Part shown: positions 53,487 to 63,810 of the stretch, piece by piece
Layout of the letters: each line of letters begins with the position of its first letter
How positions within the stretch are numbered: the first letter of the stretch is position 1
Assembly (NCBI GenBank): GCA_965224085.1
Contig: CBDCYI010000009.1
Span: 672,001 to 736,000, forward strand
From: Candidatus Marinacidobacterales bacterium
Lineage (GTDB): Bacteria; Acidobacteriota; Vicinamibacteria; Marinacidobacterales; SMYC01
Reading direction: 5' to 3'
Length of the DNA stretch: 64,000 nt
Notes under the pieces: generated by a model
Told to the model about the DNA's origin: nothing
The model's input: only the letters and a program-made list of their open reading frames with translations
Databases searched by the model: none
Made by a program: the position numbers and the translations under genes

Positions 53487-55394
53487 ATGAAGCACGTCGT
53501 CATCGGAACCGCCGGCCATATCGACCATGGCAAGAGTGCTCTCGTGCGGGCGCTGACGGGGACGGATCCAGACCGGCTTAAAGAAGAAAAGGAGCGGGGC
53601 ATCACCATCGAGCTCGGTTTCGCCTTTCTCGCCGAAGATGACGACCTATCCATTGCTTTCGTGGACGTTCCGGGACACGAGAAGTTCGTCAAGAACATGC
53701 TCGCGGGCGTCGGTGGCATCGATCTCGTCCTGCTCGTGGTCGCTGCAGACGAATCCATCATGCCTCAGACGCGGGAGCACTTCGACATCTGCCGTCTGCT
53801 CGAAATCCCGCGTGGGGTGATCGTTATTGCCAAGAGCGATCTTGCCGACCCCGAGCTCATCGAGCTTGCATCTCTCGAGACGCGGGAGCTCGTTGCTGGA
53901 AGCTTTCTCGAAGACGCCCCGCTCCTCGAAGTGTCGTCGAAAACGGGAGAGGGCATCGAAGCGCTGAAGCAAAAGCTCATCGAGGAGGCCAAGGATGTTT
54001 CCGGACGCCCCGCGAGTGGACGGTTCCGGCTTCCCGTCGATCGCGTGTTCTCCATGAAGGGGTTTGGCACCGTCGTGACGGGAACTTTGATGACCGGCTC
54101 GGTGGCACAAGAGGACGAGATCGAGATCGTGCCGCGAGGGCTGAAAGCGCGAATACGCGGCCTCCAAGTTCACGGCGAGAAGAAGAACACCGCACGCGCG
54201 GGGCAGAGAACCGCGGTGAACTTGCAAGGTGTTGATGTGGCCGACGTCTTGCGCGGCGACACCCTCGTCGAGCCCGGCTCGTTCATGCCGACGCACATGA
54301 TCGATGCCGAGCTCGACGTGCTCGCCTCGTCGCCCATCCCCATCAAGGATCTCACCCGCGTGCATCTTCATTTGGGAACGGCGCAAGTCTTGGCGCGCGT
54401 GCGGGTGCTGGGCGACAGGAAAGCTCTCGCTCCGGGAGAACGCGCTTTCGTTCAGCTCCGCTTGGAAGGCCCGATGGTTGCCGCACGTGGGGATCGCTTC
54501 ATCCTGAGACGCTACTCGCCTCTTCAGACGATCGCCGGCGGGAAGGTTCTCGATGCCGAGCCCCTCAAACACGGCGTCCGTAGCCGCGTGCCTCTCGGCG
54601 CGCTCGAAACGCTCGCGAGCGGCGATCGAGCCACTACTGCCGCCCTCTTTGTCGCCGGCGCGGGTGATATGGGGATGTCAGAGCTCGACTTGGCCCGGCG
54701 GCTATCGGCGGACCGGGAAGCGATGAAACCGATCGTCGCATCGCTCGTCAGCGCCAACAAAGCGGTGGTGGTCTCCGAGGCGCCGCAGCTTTTCATTGCT
54801 CCCAACGTCGTCGAGACGATCGCGAGCCGCATGCTCGACGAGCTCAAACGCTTTCAAAGTAAGAACCCGCTGCTCGAGGGTATGCCGAAAAGCGAGCTGA
54901 GGGAAAAGGCTGCAGCGCGCACGCCGCACGCCGTGTTCGAGTGGGTTTTAACGCAGCGCGTCGCCGAAGGACGTCTCCGAAGCGCGCGCGATCTCGTCGC
55001 GACTCCCGATCACAGCATCCACTTGAGCGCCGAGGAGACCGAAGCCCGAGACTTCCTCGTGACCCAATATCGTGACGGGGGCTATCGCCCAAAGAGTCTC
55101 AGCGAAGCGGCGACCGCGGGAAAGCAAGACACCCGCTTGCTCGAGCGCGTACGGAGGGTTTTGCTGAAGAACGGAACGCTTGTCCAGATCGGGGACGGGA
55201 TGGTCTTCCACCGCGACGTCCTCGGCGAGCTCAAGCAAACCATCAGGGACCTCAAGCCAGAACGCGACCGCCTCGATGTGAGCTTCTTCAAAGAGATGGC
55301 GGGTGTCACCCGCAAGCACGCCATTCCTCTGCTCGAGTGGCTCGACCGCGAGCGCGTCACCCGCCGCGCCGGCAACGACCGCATCATCTTGTAG
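53487..55394 (+). CDS. selB: Selenocysteine-specific elongation factor
   Basis: [33 protein letters not shown] and the C-terminal w[16 protein letters not shown]. Confidence 0.96.
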   Translation: MKHVVIGTAGHIDHGKSALVRALTGTDPDRLKEEKERGITIELGFAFLAEDDDLSIAFVDVPGHEKFVKNMLAGVGGIDLVLLVVAADESIMPQTREHFDICRLLEIPRGVIVIAKSDLADPELIELASLETRELVAGSFLEDAPLLEVSSKTGEGIEALKQKLIEEAKDVSGRPASGRFRLPVDRVFSMKGFGTVVTGTLMTGSVAQEDEIEIVPRGLKARIRGLQVHGEKKNTARAGQRTAVNLQGVDVADVLRGDTLVEPGSFMPTHMIDAELDVLASSPIPIKDLTRVHLHLGTAQVLARVRVLGDRKALAPGERAFVQLRLEGPMVAARGDRFILRRYSPLQTIAGGKVLDAEPLKHGVRSRVPLGALETLASGDRATTAALFVAGAGDMGMSELDLARRLSADREAMKPIVASLVSANKAVVVSEAPQLFIAPNVVETIASRMLDELKRFQSKNPLLEGMPKSELREKAAARTPHAVFEWVLTQRVAEGRLRSARDLVATPDHSIHLSAEETEARDFLVTQYRDGGYRPKSLSEAATAGKQDTRLLERVRRVLLKNGTLVQIGDGMVFHRDVLGELKQTIRDLKPERDRLDVSFFKEMAGVTRKHAIPLLEWLDRERVTRRAGNDRIIL

Positions 55395-55593
55395 CGCTGA
55401 TAGCCACCCCGGATTCATGAAATCCGCCGGCATTTTCGGTGGTGGCCTCGTGTTGCTGCTGAGTGTCGAAGCCGTGGCTTCTGGACAGGAAAGCTAGGGC
55501 GCATTTGCCTTTCCCCGCAGACTAGAATACTTTTGGGCCTCCAGCGCGTTAAGGCGGCCCCCTCCGGCCCGTGGTCGCTGGCGGTGGAGTCCC

Positions 55594-56142
55594 ATGAGCA
55601 AAGCATTTACCAAAGAATCCGACGAAGGGGCCTTCGACGAAATCATTCCCGAGCCAAAGGACCTTCTGCCGCCTGGCACCAAGAACTACGTCACGCCCGA
55701 AGGTGGGGAGGCCTTGCGCACCGAGCTCACCCGTCTCGAGGACGTGCTGCGGCCGCAGGTTGTTAAGAAAAAAGGCTCTTCCACGAAGGGAAAGAAGGCG
55801 GCGGAGGGCCAGAGTCTGTCACCGAGAGCACGTCTCGCGGTGATCGACCGCCGCATCCGGTTTCTCCGGGGTCGTTTGGCCAATATGGACGTTGTCGACC
55901 CGAAGTCTCAAGACCAGGACAGCGTGCATTTCGGCGCGACGGTCACTATCGCGGATCCCGAAGGCAACGAGAGGGTGTACAAAATCGTCGGGGTCGACGA
56001 GAGCCAGCCGGCCGAAGGCCGCGTCAGCTTCATTTCTCCGGTGGCGAGAGCTCTGATTTCCGCGCGCGAGGGCGATGTCGTGAGACTCGAGCTCCCAAGC
56101 GGTGTGACCGAGCTCGAAATCCTATCGATCGATTACGTGTGA
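55594..56142 (+). CDS. GreA/GreB-family factor lacking the acidic tip
   Basis: NYVTPEG, IDRRIRFL, VHFGATV, IVGVDE and SFISPVARAL. Confidence 0.88.
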   Translation: MSKAFTKESDEGAFDEIIPEPKDLLPPGTKNYVTPEGGEALRTELTRLEDVLRPQVVKKKGSSTKGKKAAEGQSLSPRARLAVIDRRIRFLRGRLANMDVVDPKSQDQDSVHFGATVTIADPEGNERVYKIVGVDESQPAEGRVSFISPVARALISAREGDVVRLELPSGVTELEILSIDYV

Positions 56143-56149
56143 GAGCGCC

Positions 56150-56642
56150 GTGTTCGTTGTGGACGGCTACAACGCCATCCGGCGCGTTCCCCGTTTCGCC
56201 TTAGTCGAGGCGCGCGACGGTCTCCGCGCGGGACGCGAAGCGCTCGTGACGGCCATCCTCGCTTCCGGGACGCTTCGAGCCCAGCCTGTGGTTATCATCT
56301 TCGACGGCAATAAGGACATCGACATCAGGCACAATCTCCGGGCACCGCACCCCAAGCTGACGTTGCGTTTCTCGCGCTCGCCCGACAACGCCGACCAGGA
56401 GATCCTTCGCTTTGTCGGCAAAGGCCGTGCGACCGCGGCGACCGTCATCACCGCCGACCAAGACCTTGCTTTCGAAGCGCGGCGCCTCGGCGCCTCGGTG
56501 GTCGCGCCGGAGAAGCTGGAACGTTTTGAAGCTTGCGAAGCCCCCGAAGAGGAAGAGCCCGCAAGCTCGATCCGAAAAGCCGAACGCGTCAGCTTCCGAT
56601 GTCGCCTATTGGCTCGAAGTTTTCGAGGACGACGAGAGCTGA
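56150..56642 (+). CDS. NYN/YacP-like ribonuclease domain protein (frameshift near 56517)
   Basis: VDGYNA, IFDG, NADQEI and ITADQDL; the C-terminus EKP...DVAYWLEVF is in another frame. Confidence 0.75.
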
Positions 56643-56646
56643 GCGC

Positions 56647-57087
56647 TCACCGATGACGCACGCCTAAGACGGCGAAACCGATCAAAGCGGATTTGACAAC
56701 GAAGATCAGCCGATTGTTGGAATTCAGGTCGCCGGGCCAGAAGAAAAAGCCGGGGCACGTGAGCAGCTCCAACGTGTTCTCGGTGACACCCTCCAGCGAT
56801 TCGTTGTCGTCGAAGCGTATCCGGACCCGAAGGCCAAGCCGATTCGGATCGGTTTGCAGAGATTTTTCTTCCAGATAGTCCCCGTCACCGGTAAAGTCAT
56901 GTACGAAGAACACGCCTTTGAGCTTGTGGATGTCGACGGGCAGAGGCTCACCGTTCACGTCGCTCATCTTCAAAATGCCTCGCGGCAGTAGTTGTCCTTT
57001 GTCGAGATAGCCGGGAACGAGTTGCCCCTGCTTCGTCCGGGCGATCACTTTCGGACGCGCGGAGAGGAGCTCTTTGAGAGAATCCAT
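56647..57087 (-). CDS. Hypothetical protein (DUF6982-like)
   Basis: LKGVFFVHDF.G, GLRVRIRFDDNESLEG and GFFFWP.D..SNN..IFV. Confidence 0.65.
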   Translation of the reverse strand: MDSLKELLSARPKVIARTKQGQLVPGYLDKGQLLPRGILKMSDVNGEPLPVDIHKLKGVFFVHDFTGDGDYLEEKSLQTDPNRLGLRVRIRFDDNESLEGVTENTLELLTCPGFFFWPGDLNSNNRLIFVVKSALIGFAVLGVRHR

Positions 57088-57160
57088 GTCGGCCGAGCTT
57101 TATTTTCCCATAGTTACGTTGGCAAACGTATCGGAGGCGCCATGGTAGGATGGCTTCGCC

Positions 57161-58411
57161 GTGCCGGATAAAACCGTAGGGGTGATCCTCGGGGGAGGCA
57201 TTGGGGCGCGCCTTCACCCCTTGACCCGCGAGCGCTCCAAGCCCGCCGTTCCCTTTGGCGGCAAGTACCGCCTCGTCGACGTTCCCATCAGTAATTGCTT
57301 GAACGGCGGCATCCGGCGGATCTTCGTGTTAACCCAGTTCAACTCCGCGTCGTTGAACAATCACGTCACGCACACCTATCGCTTCGACAATTTCGGCCGG
57401 AGCTTCGTCGACATCCTCGCCGCGGAGCAGACACCGGACGCAAAGGATTGGTATCAGGGCACGGCTGACGCCGTGCGTAAGAATTTGCGACACCTCGTCA
57501 ATCGCCCCGGTGTCGAGCGCGCACTCGTGCTCAGTGGCGATCAGCTCTACCGGATGGACTTTCGCGACGTCGTCACGCAACACGAGGCGAGCGGTGCCGA
57601 GGTGACGGTCGCGGTCACGACAGTGCGGCGCGAAGACGCCCCGCGCTACGGCATTCTCCAAATCGATGCGGCGAAAAAAGTCACACGGTTCGTCGAAAAG
57701 CCGGCGGTCGGCGCCCTCGAGGGATTCGAGACAGGGGACGGCGACGAGTATCTCGGATCGATGGGAATCTATTTGTTCAATCGTTCGGTCCTCGAAGAGG
57801 AGCTTCTTGGGTCCGAGGCGAATGATTTTGGTCACGGGATACTCCCCGGCCTTGTTGGGCGCCGCGGCCTGTTCGCCTATTTGTTCGACGGCTATTTCGA
57901 AGATGTCGGGACCATCGGCACTTTTTACCAAGCTAACTTGGATTTGACGGATCCGCTGCCGCGCTTCAACTTCTATGAGCCGTTGGCGCCCATCTATACG
58001 CATCCGCGGTTCTTGCCCGGGAGCAAGATCGACGATTGCACCATCGTGCGCTCACTCATCACCGAAGGCGTCATCTTGAATCAATGCCGCGTGGAGCGCT
58101 CGCTCCTCGGCGTGCGGGCGCGGGTGGCCAAGGGTGCGGCGCTCAAAGAGGCCCTCATCATGGGGGCTGACTTCTATCAGCTGCCGCATGAGGTGGAGGC
58201 CGATTTGGCCGCGGGACGCCCACCCATGGGTATCGGCGAGGACGCGGTCATCGAACGCGCCATCGTGGACAAGAACGCCCGGATTGGCAAAGGCGTGCGC
58301 ATCGTCAACGAAAAAGCCGTCACCGAGGCCGATGGCGAGAACTACTTCGTCCGCGACGGAATTGTCGTTATTCCTAAGAATGTCACGGTGAATGACGGCA
58401 CTGTGGTTTGA
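57161..58411 (+). CDS. glgC: Glucose-1-phosphate adenylyltransferase
   Basis: ILGGG.GARL.PLT..RSKPAVPFGGKYRL, WYQGTADAV, SGDQLYRMD, FVEKP and DVGTI. Confidence 0.96.
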   Translation: MPDKTVGVILGGGIGARLHPLTRERSKPAVPFGGKYRLVDVPISNCLNGGIRRIFVLTQFNSASLNNHVTHTYRFDNFGRSFVDILAAEQTPDAKDWYQGTADAVRKNLRHLVNRPGVERALVLSGDQLYRMDFRDVVTQHEASGAEVTVAVTTVRREDAPRYGILQIDAAKKVTRFVEKPAVGALEGFETGDGDEYLGSMGIYLFNRSVLEEELLGSEANDFGHGILPGLVGRRGLFAYLFDGYFEDVGTIGTFYQANLDLTDPLPRFNFYEPLAPIYTHPRFLPGSKIDDCTIVRSLITEGVILNQCRVERSLLGVRARVAKGAALKEALIMGADFYQLPHEVEADLAAGRPPMGIGEDAVIERAIVDKNARIGKGVRIVNEKAVTEADGENYFVRDGIVVIPKNVTVNDGTVV

Positions 58412-58469
58412 TTTCGGCTATCGGCTATCTGGATCTGAATTTCGGTTACGGTCCGCTCTTAAGATCTGT

Positions 58470-58583
58470 TGGGGAAGTCCCACGTGGTCCAGTGGAAAAC
58501 CCACGAGAACATGCGGAGAGTTCACTCTAAGTTGTTGATTCCAAAGCATTGTGTTGCTGTTTGATATCGGCATTCGTCTTGCA
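58470..58583 (+). promoter_or_regulatory. sigma54 promoter with IHF site and two upstream activator palindromes
   Basis: CGGCATTCGTCTTGCA (GG 58569, N10, GC 58581); IHF consensus at 58528-58540; palindromes at 58470-58483 and 58492-58504. Confidence 0.65.
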
Positions 58584-58634
58584 TCTTTGATGGGGCGCCA
58601 GAGCGTTTTGCCAGAGCGTTTCGAACGATACAAC

Positions 58635-59425
58635 ATGCCGGATTACCAAAGCTTCGAAGTGCCCACGCTTTTGCGACTGCTCAAGGGCATCGACCGCCTT
58701 CCTCGAGGCGCCACGGGCGCTTTGGTCTTTGCGTCGAAAGATGCCCCACAGGGTACGGTGCTTGTCGAGGAGAACCGTGTCTGCTGGGCGGCAGCCTCGA
58801 ACATGGAGCATCGCCTCACCGATATCTTGCGCCACGAAAGTAATCCGCCCCTTCCGAAAGCTGTCTTCGAAACGGTCTACGAAGAGTGTCATCGCGAGCG
58901 GATCCCGCTAGCCGAAACTTTGGTCGAGCGAGGGATCGTGACGGCGGAAGGGCTTTCGCGCGCGCTCCGTCGGCACACCGCGGAGGCTATCTGTGTTCTG
59001 TCGTCCTCGAAAGCTTTGGCTCCGGTCTGGGCTTCCAATCGGCAGCGGCCTTACGACGCGCAGCACACGTTCTCGACAACGGAGCTCATGAGCTGCGTGG
59101 GGTCTTTCGGCTTCGACAAAGAAGCCGAACAGGCAGCGCAAAGACTGCAGGAGGTGACGCCCAGGGCCTCCGTCGGCGTAGCGTACCTCGAAAAAGGGCA
59201 CGAGCTCCCCGTCGCCCAAGTTGCCGTCAATGGGTGGGATTGCTCCGCGCTCGTCGAGTTCGGGCACTGGGCTCGGAAGTCCTCACGGCCGCGGAGACCC
59301 AGAAAGTGGTGGAATCCGCCGGTGACGATGAGCTCCGCCGCGCCTGGCGCGACGGCGCGCTCGTCTACGTAAGCCACTCGAACCACGACATGGAACGGAG
59401 GTTACCCGAGCCAGTTCTCGTCTAG
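58635..59425 (+). CDS. Hypothetical protein, DUF4388-like N-terminus (frameshift near 59275)
   Basis: TGALVF...GTVLVEENRVCWA...LAETLVERGIV....L.RAL..H. Confidence 0.55.
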
Positions 59426-59445
59426 ATCTTCAAAAAGGAGATTAG

Positions 59446-60119
59446 ATGAACCTAGACGCTCTGTGGCCTGAAGACCGACCTCGCCAGAAACTCATCCAGC
59501 GCGGCGCCGAGACGCTTGGTGTCAACGAGCTCCTCGCCGTGCTCCTGGGCTCGGGCACCCGAAACGCCTCCGCGCTCGAGCTGTCCAATCAGCTCTTGCG
59601 GCAAGCGGGAGGTCTCGACGGCCTCCTTCGCCAAAGCCCCGCTGGGCTTGCACGCGTGCCCGGGTTGAAGGACGCGCGCGTGGCGCGGATTCTCGCAGCC
59701 CTCGAGCTCGGAAGGCGCGCCGCCTCCGCACCGGAGCCTGCGCGGCTGCGGTTCCGCGTGCCGGAGGATGCCGGCCGCTACTTGATGCCGCGTTTCGGAA
59801 CGAAGCCCCTGGAGGAATTCGGTATGCTCGCGCTCGATAGCCGCAATGGGCTGATGCGCCTCGAAATAGTCTCCAACGGTAGCCTGAACGGCTCTCTCGC
59901 CCATCCCCGCGAAGTCTATCGTGAAGCCGCCATTCTTCGTGCGGCGGCGATCGTCGTCTTTCACAATCACCCGTCCGGCGATCCAACACCATCGCGCGAG
60001 GACCGGCAGCTCACCGACAGGCTGCACCGGGGGGGGAGATCCTGGGCATCGGCCTTCTGGACCACGTCATCGTCAGCACCGGCCGCTACTGGAGTTTCAA
60101 AGAGCACCACGAACTCTAG
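59446..60119 (+). CDS. radC: RadC/JAB-domain protein; frameshift in G8 run at 60029-60036
   Basis: RPRQKL...ELLAVLLGSG, HPREVY and HNHPSGDPTPSRED; GEILGIGLLDHVIV continues in the shifted frame to TAG 60117-60119. Confidence 0.88.
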
Positions 60120-60136
60120 TACACTGCACGGCTTCA

Positions 60137-61327
60137 ATGGGCAAGCGGGTTCTCTATCTGGATGGCTCCGCGGGCGCGAGCGGAGATATGATCCTCGCGG
60201 CGCTCATCGACCTCGGCGTGCCCTTGAAAAAGCTCGTGGCCGAGCTCGACAAACTCTCGGTGACCGGCTTCCGGTTGATCCGGTCCAAAGCGGTTCGTGG
60301 CGGCATCCACGGCACGCGCATCCGCGTGGACGCGCCCGACGATCGAGGCCACCGCCACTGGGCGGATTTCGAACGGATTCTGAGAAAAAGCCGCCTGCGC
60401 AAGGACATTAAAGCGCGTTCGCTTTCCCTCATCTATCGGGTCTTCGAAGCGGAAGCCACCGTGCACGGCAAGAACGTCGAGAAGATCCATCTTCACGAGC
60501 TCGGATCGCTCGACACGATCGTAGACGTCGTGGGTGCGGTCTCGGGCCTCGAGCTTCTCGGTGTCGACCGGGTCGAAGCCTCACCGCTCAACGTGGGCTC
60601 CGGCTGGGTGGATACGGAGCACGGTCGGCTGTCCGTGCCGGCGCCTGCCACTGCGCTACTGTTGAAGGGTGTACCGGTATTCGCGGATGGTGATTTCGAG
60701 CGAACGACGCCGACCGGAGCACTTCTCGTGAGCGGCTTCGCCGAGCAATTCGGCCCCTTGCCCGCGATGACGATCACGCGTCTAGGCTATGGACTCGGTG
60801 CGAAGGATCCGAGCTCAGGAAGGCCGAACGCGCTCCGACTCGTTCTCGGCGAGACGGAGAGCCGCCGTTTTGAAACGGTTCTCGTCCTCGAGACGACCAT
60901 CGACGACCAAACGCCGGAGCAATTGGGTTTTGTCCAGGAGCAGTTACTCGAGGCGGGCGTTCTGGATGTCTTTCTGACGCCGGTGATGATGAAAAAGAGC
61001 CGACCCGGCACGAACGTGACGGTCCTCGTACACCCGCGTGGCCGCGATCAGGCGACAGCGCTCCTCTTTCGGGAGAGCACGACGCTCGGCGTCCGTACCC
61101 ACGCGATCGAACGCGAGGTTCTCGAGCGCCGCCTCGTCACGGTGCGGACGCGCTTCGGCAAAGTTCGTGTCAAAGAAGGGCTCTTCGGAGGCAAAGTCTT
61201 GAACGTCGCGCCTGAATTCGAAGATTGCCGGCGGATCGCGCGCGCGCGGAAAGTTTCTTTGAAACAGGTACAGCAAGCCGCGATCGTGAGCTACCAAAAG
61301 AAAGGCCAAACGAAAGGAAAGCGATGA
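60137..61327 (+). CDS. larC: Nickel-pincer cofactor nickel insertase
   Basis: GASGDMILAALID, AEATVHG..IHLHELGSLDTIVD, VPAPAT, TPTGA, MKKSRPG, TTLGVR and PEFEDC. Confidence 0.93.
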   Translation: MGKRVLYLDGSAGASGDMILAALIDLGVPLKKLVAELDKLSVTGFRLIRSKAVRGGIHGTRIRVDAPDDRGHRHWADFERILRKSRLRKDIKARSLSLIYRVFEAEATVHGKNVEKIHLHELGSLDTIVDVVGAVSGLELLGVDRVEASPLNVGSGWVDTEHGRLSVPAPATALLLKGVPVFADGDFERTTPTGALLVSGFAEQFGPLPAMTITRLGYGLGAKDPSSGRPNALRLVLGETESRRFETVLVLETTIDDQTPEQLGFVQEQLLEAGVLDVFLTPVMMKKSRPGTNVTVLVHPRGRDQATALLFRESTTLGVRTHAIEREVLERRLVTVRTRFGKVRVKEGLFGGKVLNVAPEFEDCRRIARARKVSLKQVQQAAIVSYQKKGQTKGKR

Positions 61328-61645
61328 GCGAAGACGAGAAAATCACTATCCACGACTTCTTCAAAATCGAGTTAAAAGTGGCCAAGGTGCTCGAAGCGTC
61401 CGAGATCGAAGGCGCCGACCGGCTTCTTCAACTTCGAGTGGATCTGGGCTCGGAGACCCGGCAGCTCGTCGCGGGGATCAAAAAAACCTACACGCCCGAA
61501 GAGCTCGTCGGTAAGCACATCATCGGTGTCGCCAATTTAGAGCCCGCCACGCTGCGAGGAGTCGAATCTCGCGGCAAGCGCCGAGGATGGACCTGTAGTC
61601 GCGACGTTCGACAAAGACGTCGCGCCCGGCGCCAAGGTCAAGTGA
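61324..61645 (+). pseudogene. MetRS C-terminal-like tRNA-binding OB protein (Trbp111/CsaA-like), frameshifted by short deletion near 61575
   Basis: ITIHDFFKIELKVAKV...ANLEPATLRGVESRG, then SAEDGPVVATFDKDVAPGAKVK* in another frame; MLLAA is missing. Confidence 0.8.
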
Positions 61646-63789
61646 AGCAATTTTTCTTCGTGCTCGCGGCGCTCGTCGTCGCCTGTGGTCCCGGGCCGAC
61701 CGAGCCACCTACGGCCGACGAGGGGTCACTCGTCGATGCCGTGGCTGTAGCGCGCAAGAGCTGGAGCGGTATCTTGATCGAGTTCGGCTCGCCGCGAGCG
61801 CTGCCTCATTTGAGCGAGGACGGCTGGTCGCATGGAGAGACGGCCAGAGACGGCAATACCTTTCGCTGGGCCTCCGAAGAAGAGGCGGTTTTCACGTTCA
61901 CGAGTGATCGCGCTGGCCGCCACATGGCCTGGATTGAATGCGAGCCGTTCCGTTTCGACGGCAGTCCTTCGCAACGGATTCGCCTGAGCGTCAACGGCGA
62001 GGAGCTGACCGAGATCGAGCTGCGTCCCGCGCGCGAGCGCTATCCGGTCGAGCTGCCGCTTCGAGAAGGCTCGAACGAGATGGCCATGCGTTTCCGCTAC
62101 GCGGGCGATCCCAACCGAAGCTCCGCCGACCGACGGCGGCTCGCGGTCGCCTTCTATCGCTTCGACATTCTGCCCGAAGGCGGAGCGCCGGTCGCGAGGA
62201 GCCCGGGCCCGTTCGCTTGGGTGAACTCAGGGCTCCATGTGCCCGCGGGCGGCGCCGTGACGCTCTACGCGGACGTCCCCGGCGAGGCGAAACTCCGATT
62301 GACTTCTTCCGACGGTGTCGACGTCGTCGTGCGTTCGGAACGGTCTACGACTTTCCCGCTCATCGAAGAGACGCTCGCTGGCGAAGAGGCCTGGGAGCAG
62401 GACTTGCGTGCGAACGGCCCCGTCGAGATCGTTCTGCGCTCAGCGAGCGGTACCGTCATACGGCCCGAGCTGATCGTCCCGGCGTCCACGCCGCCGCGAC
62501 ACAATCCAAACGCGGTCGACGCCAACATCGTGCTGATCGTTCTCGACGGCGCGAACGCGCTCCGAACGGGACTCTATGGACACGACGCGAACACGACACC
62601 CGCCATCGACGCGTTGGGAGAGACGAGCGTCGTTTTCGACAACGCCGTGAGCCAAGCCGTCTACACGATCGCTTCCATGGGCTCCGTTCTCACTGGCCAA
62701 TACCCCGAGCGCCACCAGAGCGTCTCTTTTTCCGACCGGCTCCGCGACGACGTCGTCACCTTTCCCGGGCTCCTCGCCGAGCACGGCTACCGAACGGCCG
62801 GCTTTTCGGGAAACGCCGTCGCCTCGAAAATGTTCGGCCTCGATCAGGGCTATCAAGAGTACTTCCAGATCTGGGAGCAAGAGGACTACACGGGTCACGG
62901 CGACTCGGTCCTCGCCACGTTCCGCGATTGGCTAGACGACGTCGGCGACGAGCGTTTTCTCGCCTACGTTCACTTTCGCGAGCCGCATTTCCCGTACAAC
63001 CCACCAGCGCCTTTCGATACCCGCTTCGCCCCGGCAGAACCGTTCCCCGAAGGCATGGCCGACGCGAAGGTCGTCGAAGCGCTGAACGACCGAGTCGCCG
63101 CAGGAGAACCGCTCGACCCCGCAAAGCTCGCCCGCGTGCACGGCCTCTATGATGGCAACCTAGCCTATGTCGATGATCTCGTCGGAAAGCTCCTCCGGCA
63201 ACTCGACGAGCGCGGACTCGGAGGCAACACCGTCCTCATCCTCACCGCGGACCACGGAGAAGCTCTCTTCGAGCACGGTTTCCTAGGCCACAACACCCAG
63301 CTCTATGAAGAAAGCATCCGCGTTCCGCTAATCATAAAAATTCCCAGCGCCGCGCCGCGCCGCGTCGGTAACGTGGTGGAGCTCGTCGACCTGGCACCGA
63401 CCATCCTGGAGCTCGCCGGCATGCATGCAATCGACATGCAAGGCAAAAGCCTGCTAGGACCCGCCGCGGCTGACCGCATTGCTTACTCGCGCACCGTCTG
63501 GAAACGCCCCCGCTACAGTGCCCGCAACAAGAATCACAAACTCATCTGGGACAGCCGCACCGACAAAAAAGAGCTCTACAACCTGAGCGCCGACCCCAAA
63601 GAAACTGGTGACCTGTCCGAAGAAGACAACTTCGCAAAGGGCTACCTAGAACAGAAACTGTTCGCCTGGCTAAGAGCGCAAGAACATCTAAGAGGCAACG
63701 CCCCCGCCCCCGAAGGTGTAGAAATGACCGAAGAGGAGCGCCGCCGCCTGGAAAGCCTAGGCTACACCCAAGCGATGAAAGAGAAGTGA
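61642..63789 (+). CDS. Sulfatase-like (alkaline phosphatase superfamily) lipoprotein
   Basis: Lipobox VVAC, NIVLIVLD, LTGQYP, HFREPHFPY, TADHGE and HGFLGH. GTG start overlaps the upstream stop. Confidence 0.85.
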   Translation: MKQFFFVLAALVVACGPGPTEPPTADEGSLVDAVAVARKSWSGILIEFGSPRALPHLSEDGWSHGETARDGNTFRWASEEEAVFTFTSDRAGRHMAWIECEPFRFDGSPSQRIRLSVNGEELTEIELRPARERYPVELPLREGSNEMAMRFRYAGDPNRSSADRRRLAVAFYRFDILPEGGAPVARSPGPFAWVNSGLHVPAGGAVTLYADVPGEAKLRLTSSDGVDVVVRSERSTTFPLIEETLAGEEAWEQDLRANGPVEIVLRSASGTVIRPELIVPASTPPRHNPNAVDANIVLIVLDGANALRTGLYGHDANTTPAIDALGETSVVFDNAVSQAVYTIASMGSVLTGQYPERHQSVSFSDRLRDDVVTFPGLLAEHGYRTAGFSGNAVASKMFGLDQGYQEYFQIWEQEDYTGHGDSVLATFRDWLDDVGDERFLAYVHFREPHFPYNPPAPFDTRFAPAEPFPEGMADAKVVEALNDRVAAGEPLDPAKLARVHGLYDGNLAYVDDLVGKLLRQLDERGLGGNTVLILTADHGEALFEHGFLGHNTQLYEESIRVPLIIKIPSAAPRRVGNVVELVDLAPTILELAGMHAIDMQGKSLLGPAAADRIAYSRTVWKRPRYSARNKNHKLIWDSRTDKKELYNLSADPKETGDLSEEDNFAKGYLEQKLFAWLRAQEHLRGNAPAPEGVEMTEEERRRLESLGYTQAMKEK

Positions 63790-63810
63790 ACCAGGATCCT
63801 GAATGCAGAA

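Noticed and set aside
55417-55497. 26-aa signal-peptide-like ORF after selB as a small protein
   Set aside because: More likely the stub of a deleted secreted-protein gene; no independent support.
61225-63789. 854-aa tRNA-binding domain-sulfatase fusion
   Set aside because: Produced by the frameshift near 61575; the sulfatase-like gene has its own GTG and lipoprotein signal at 61642.
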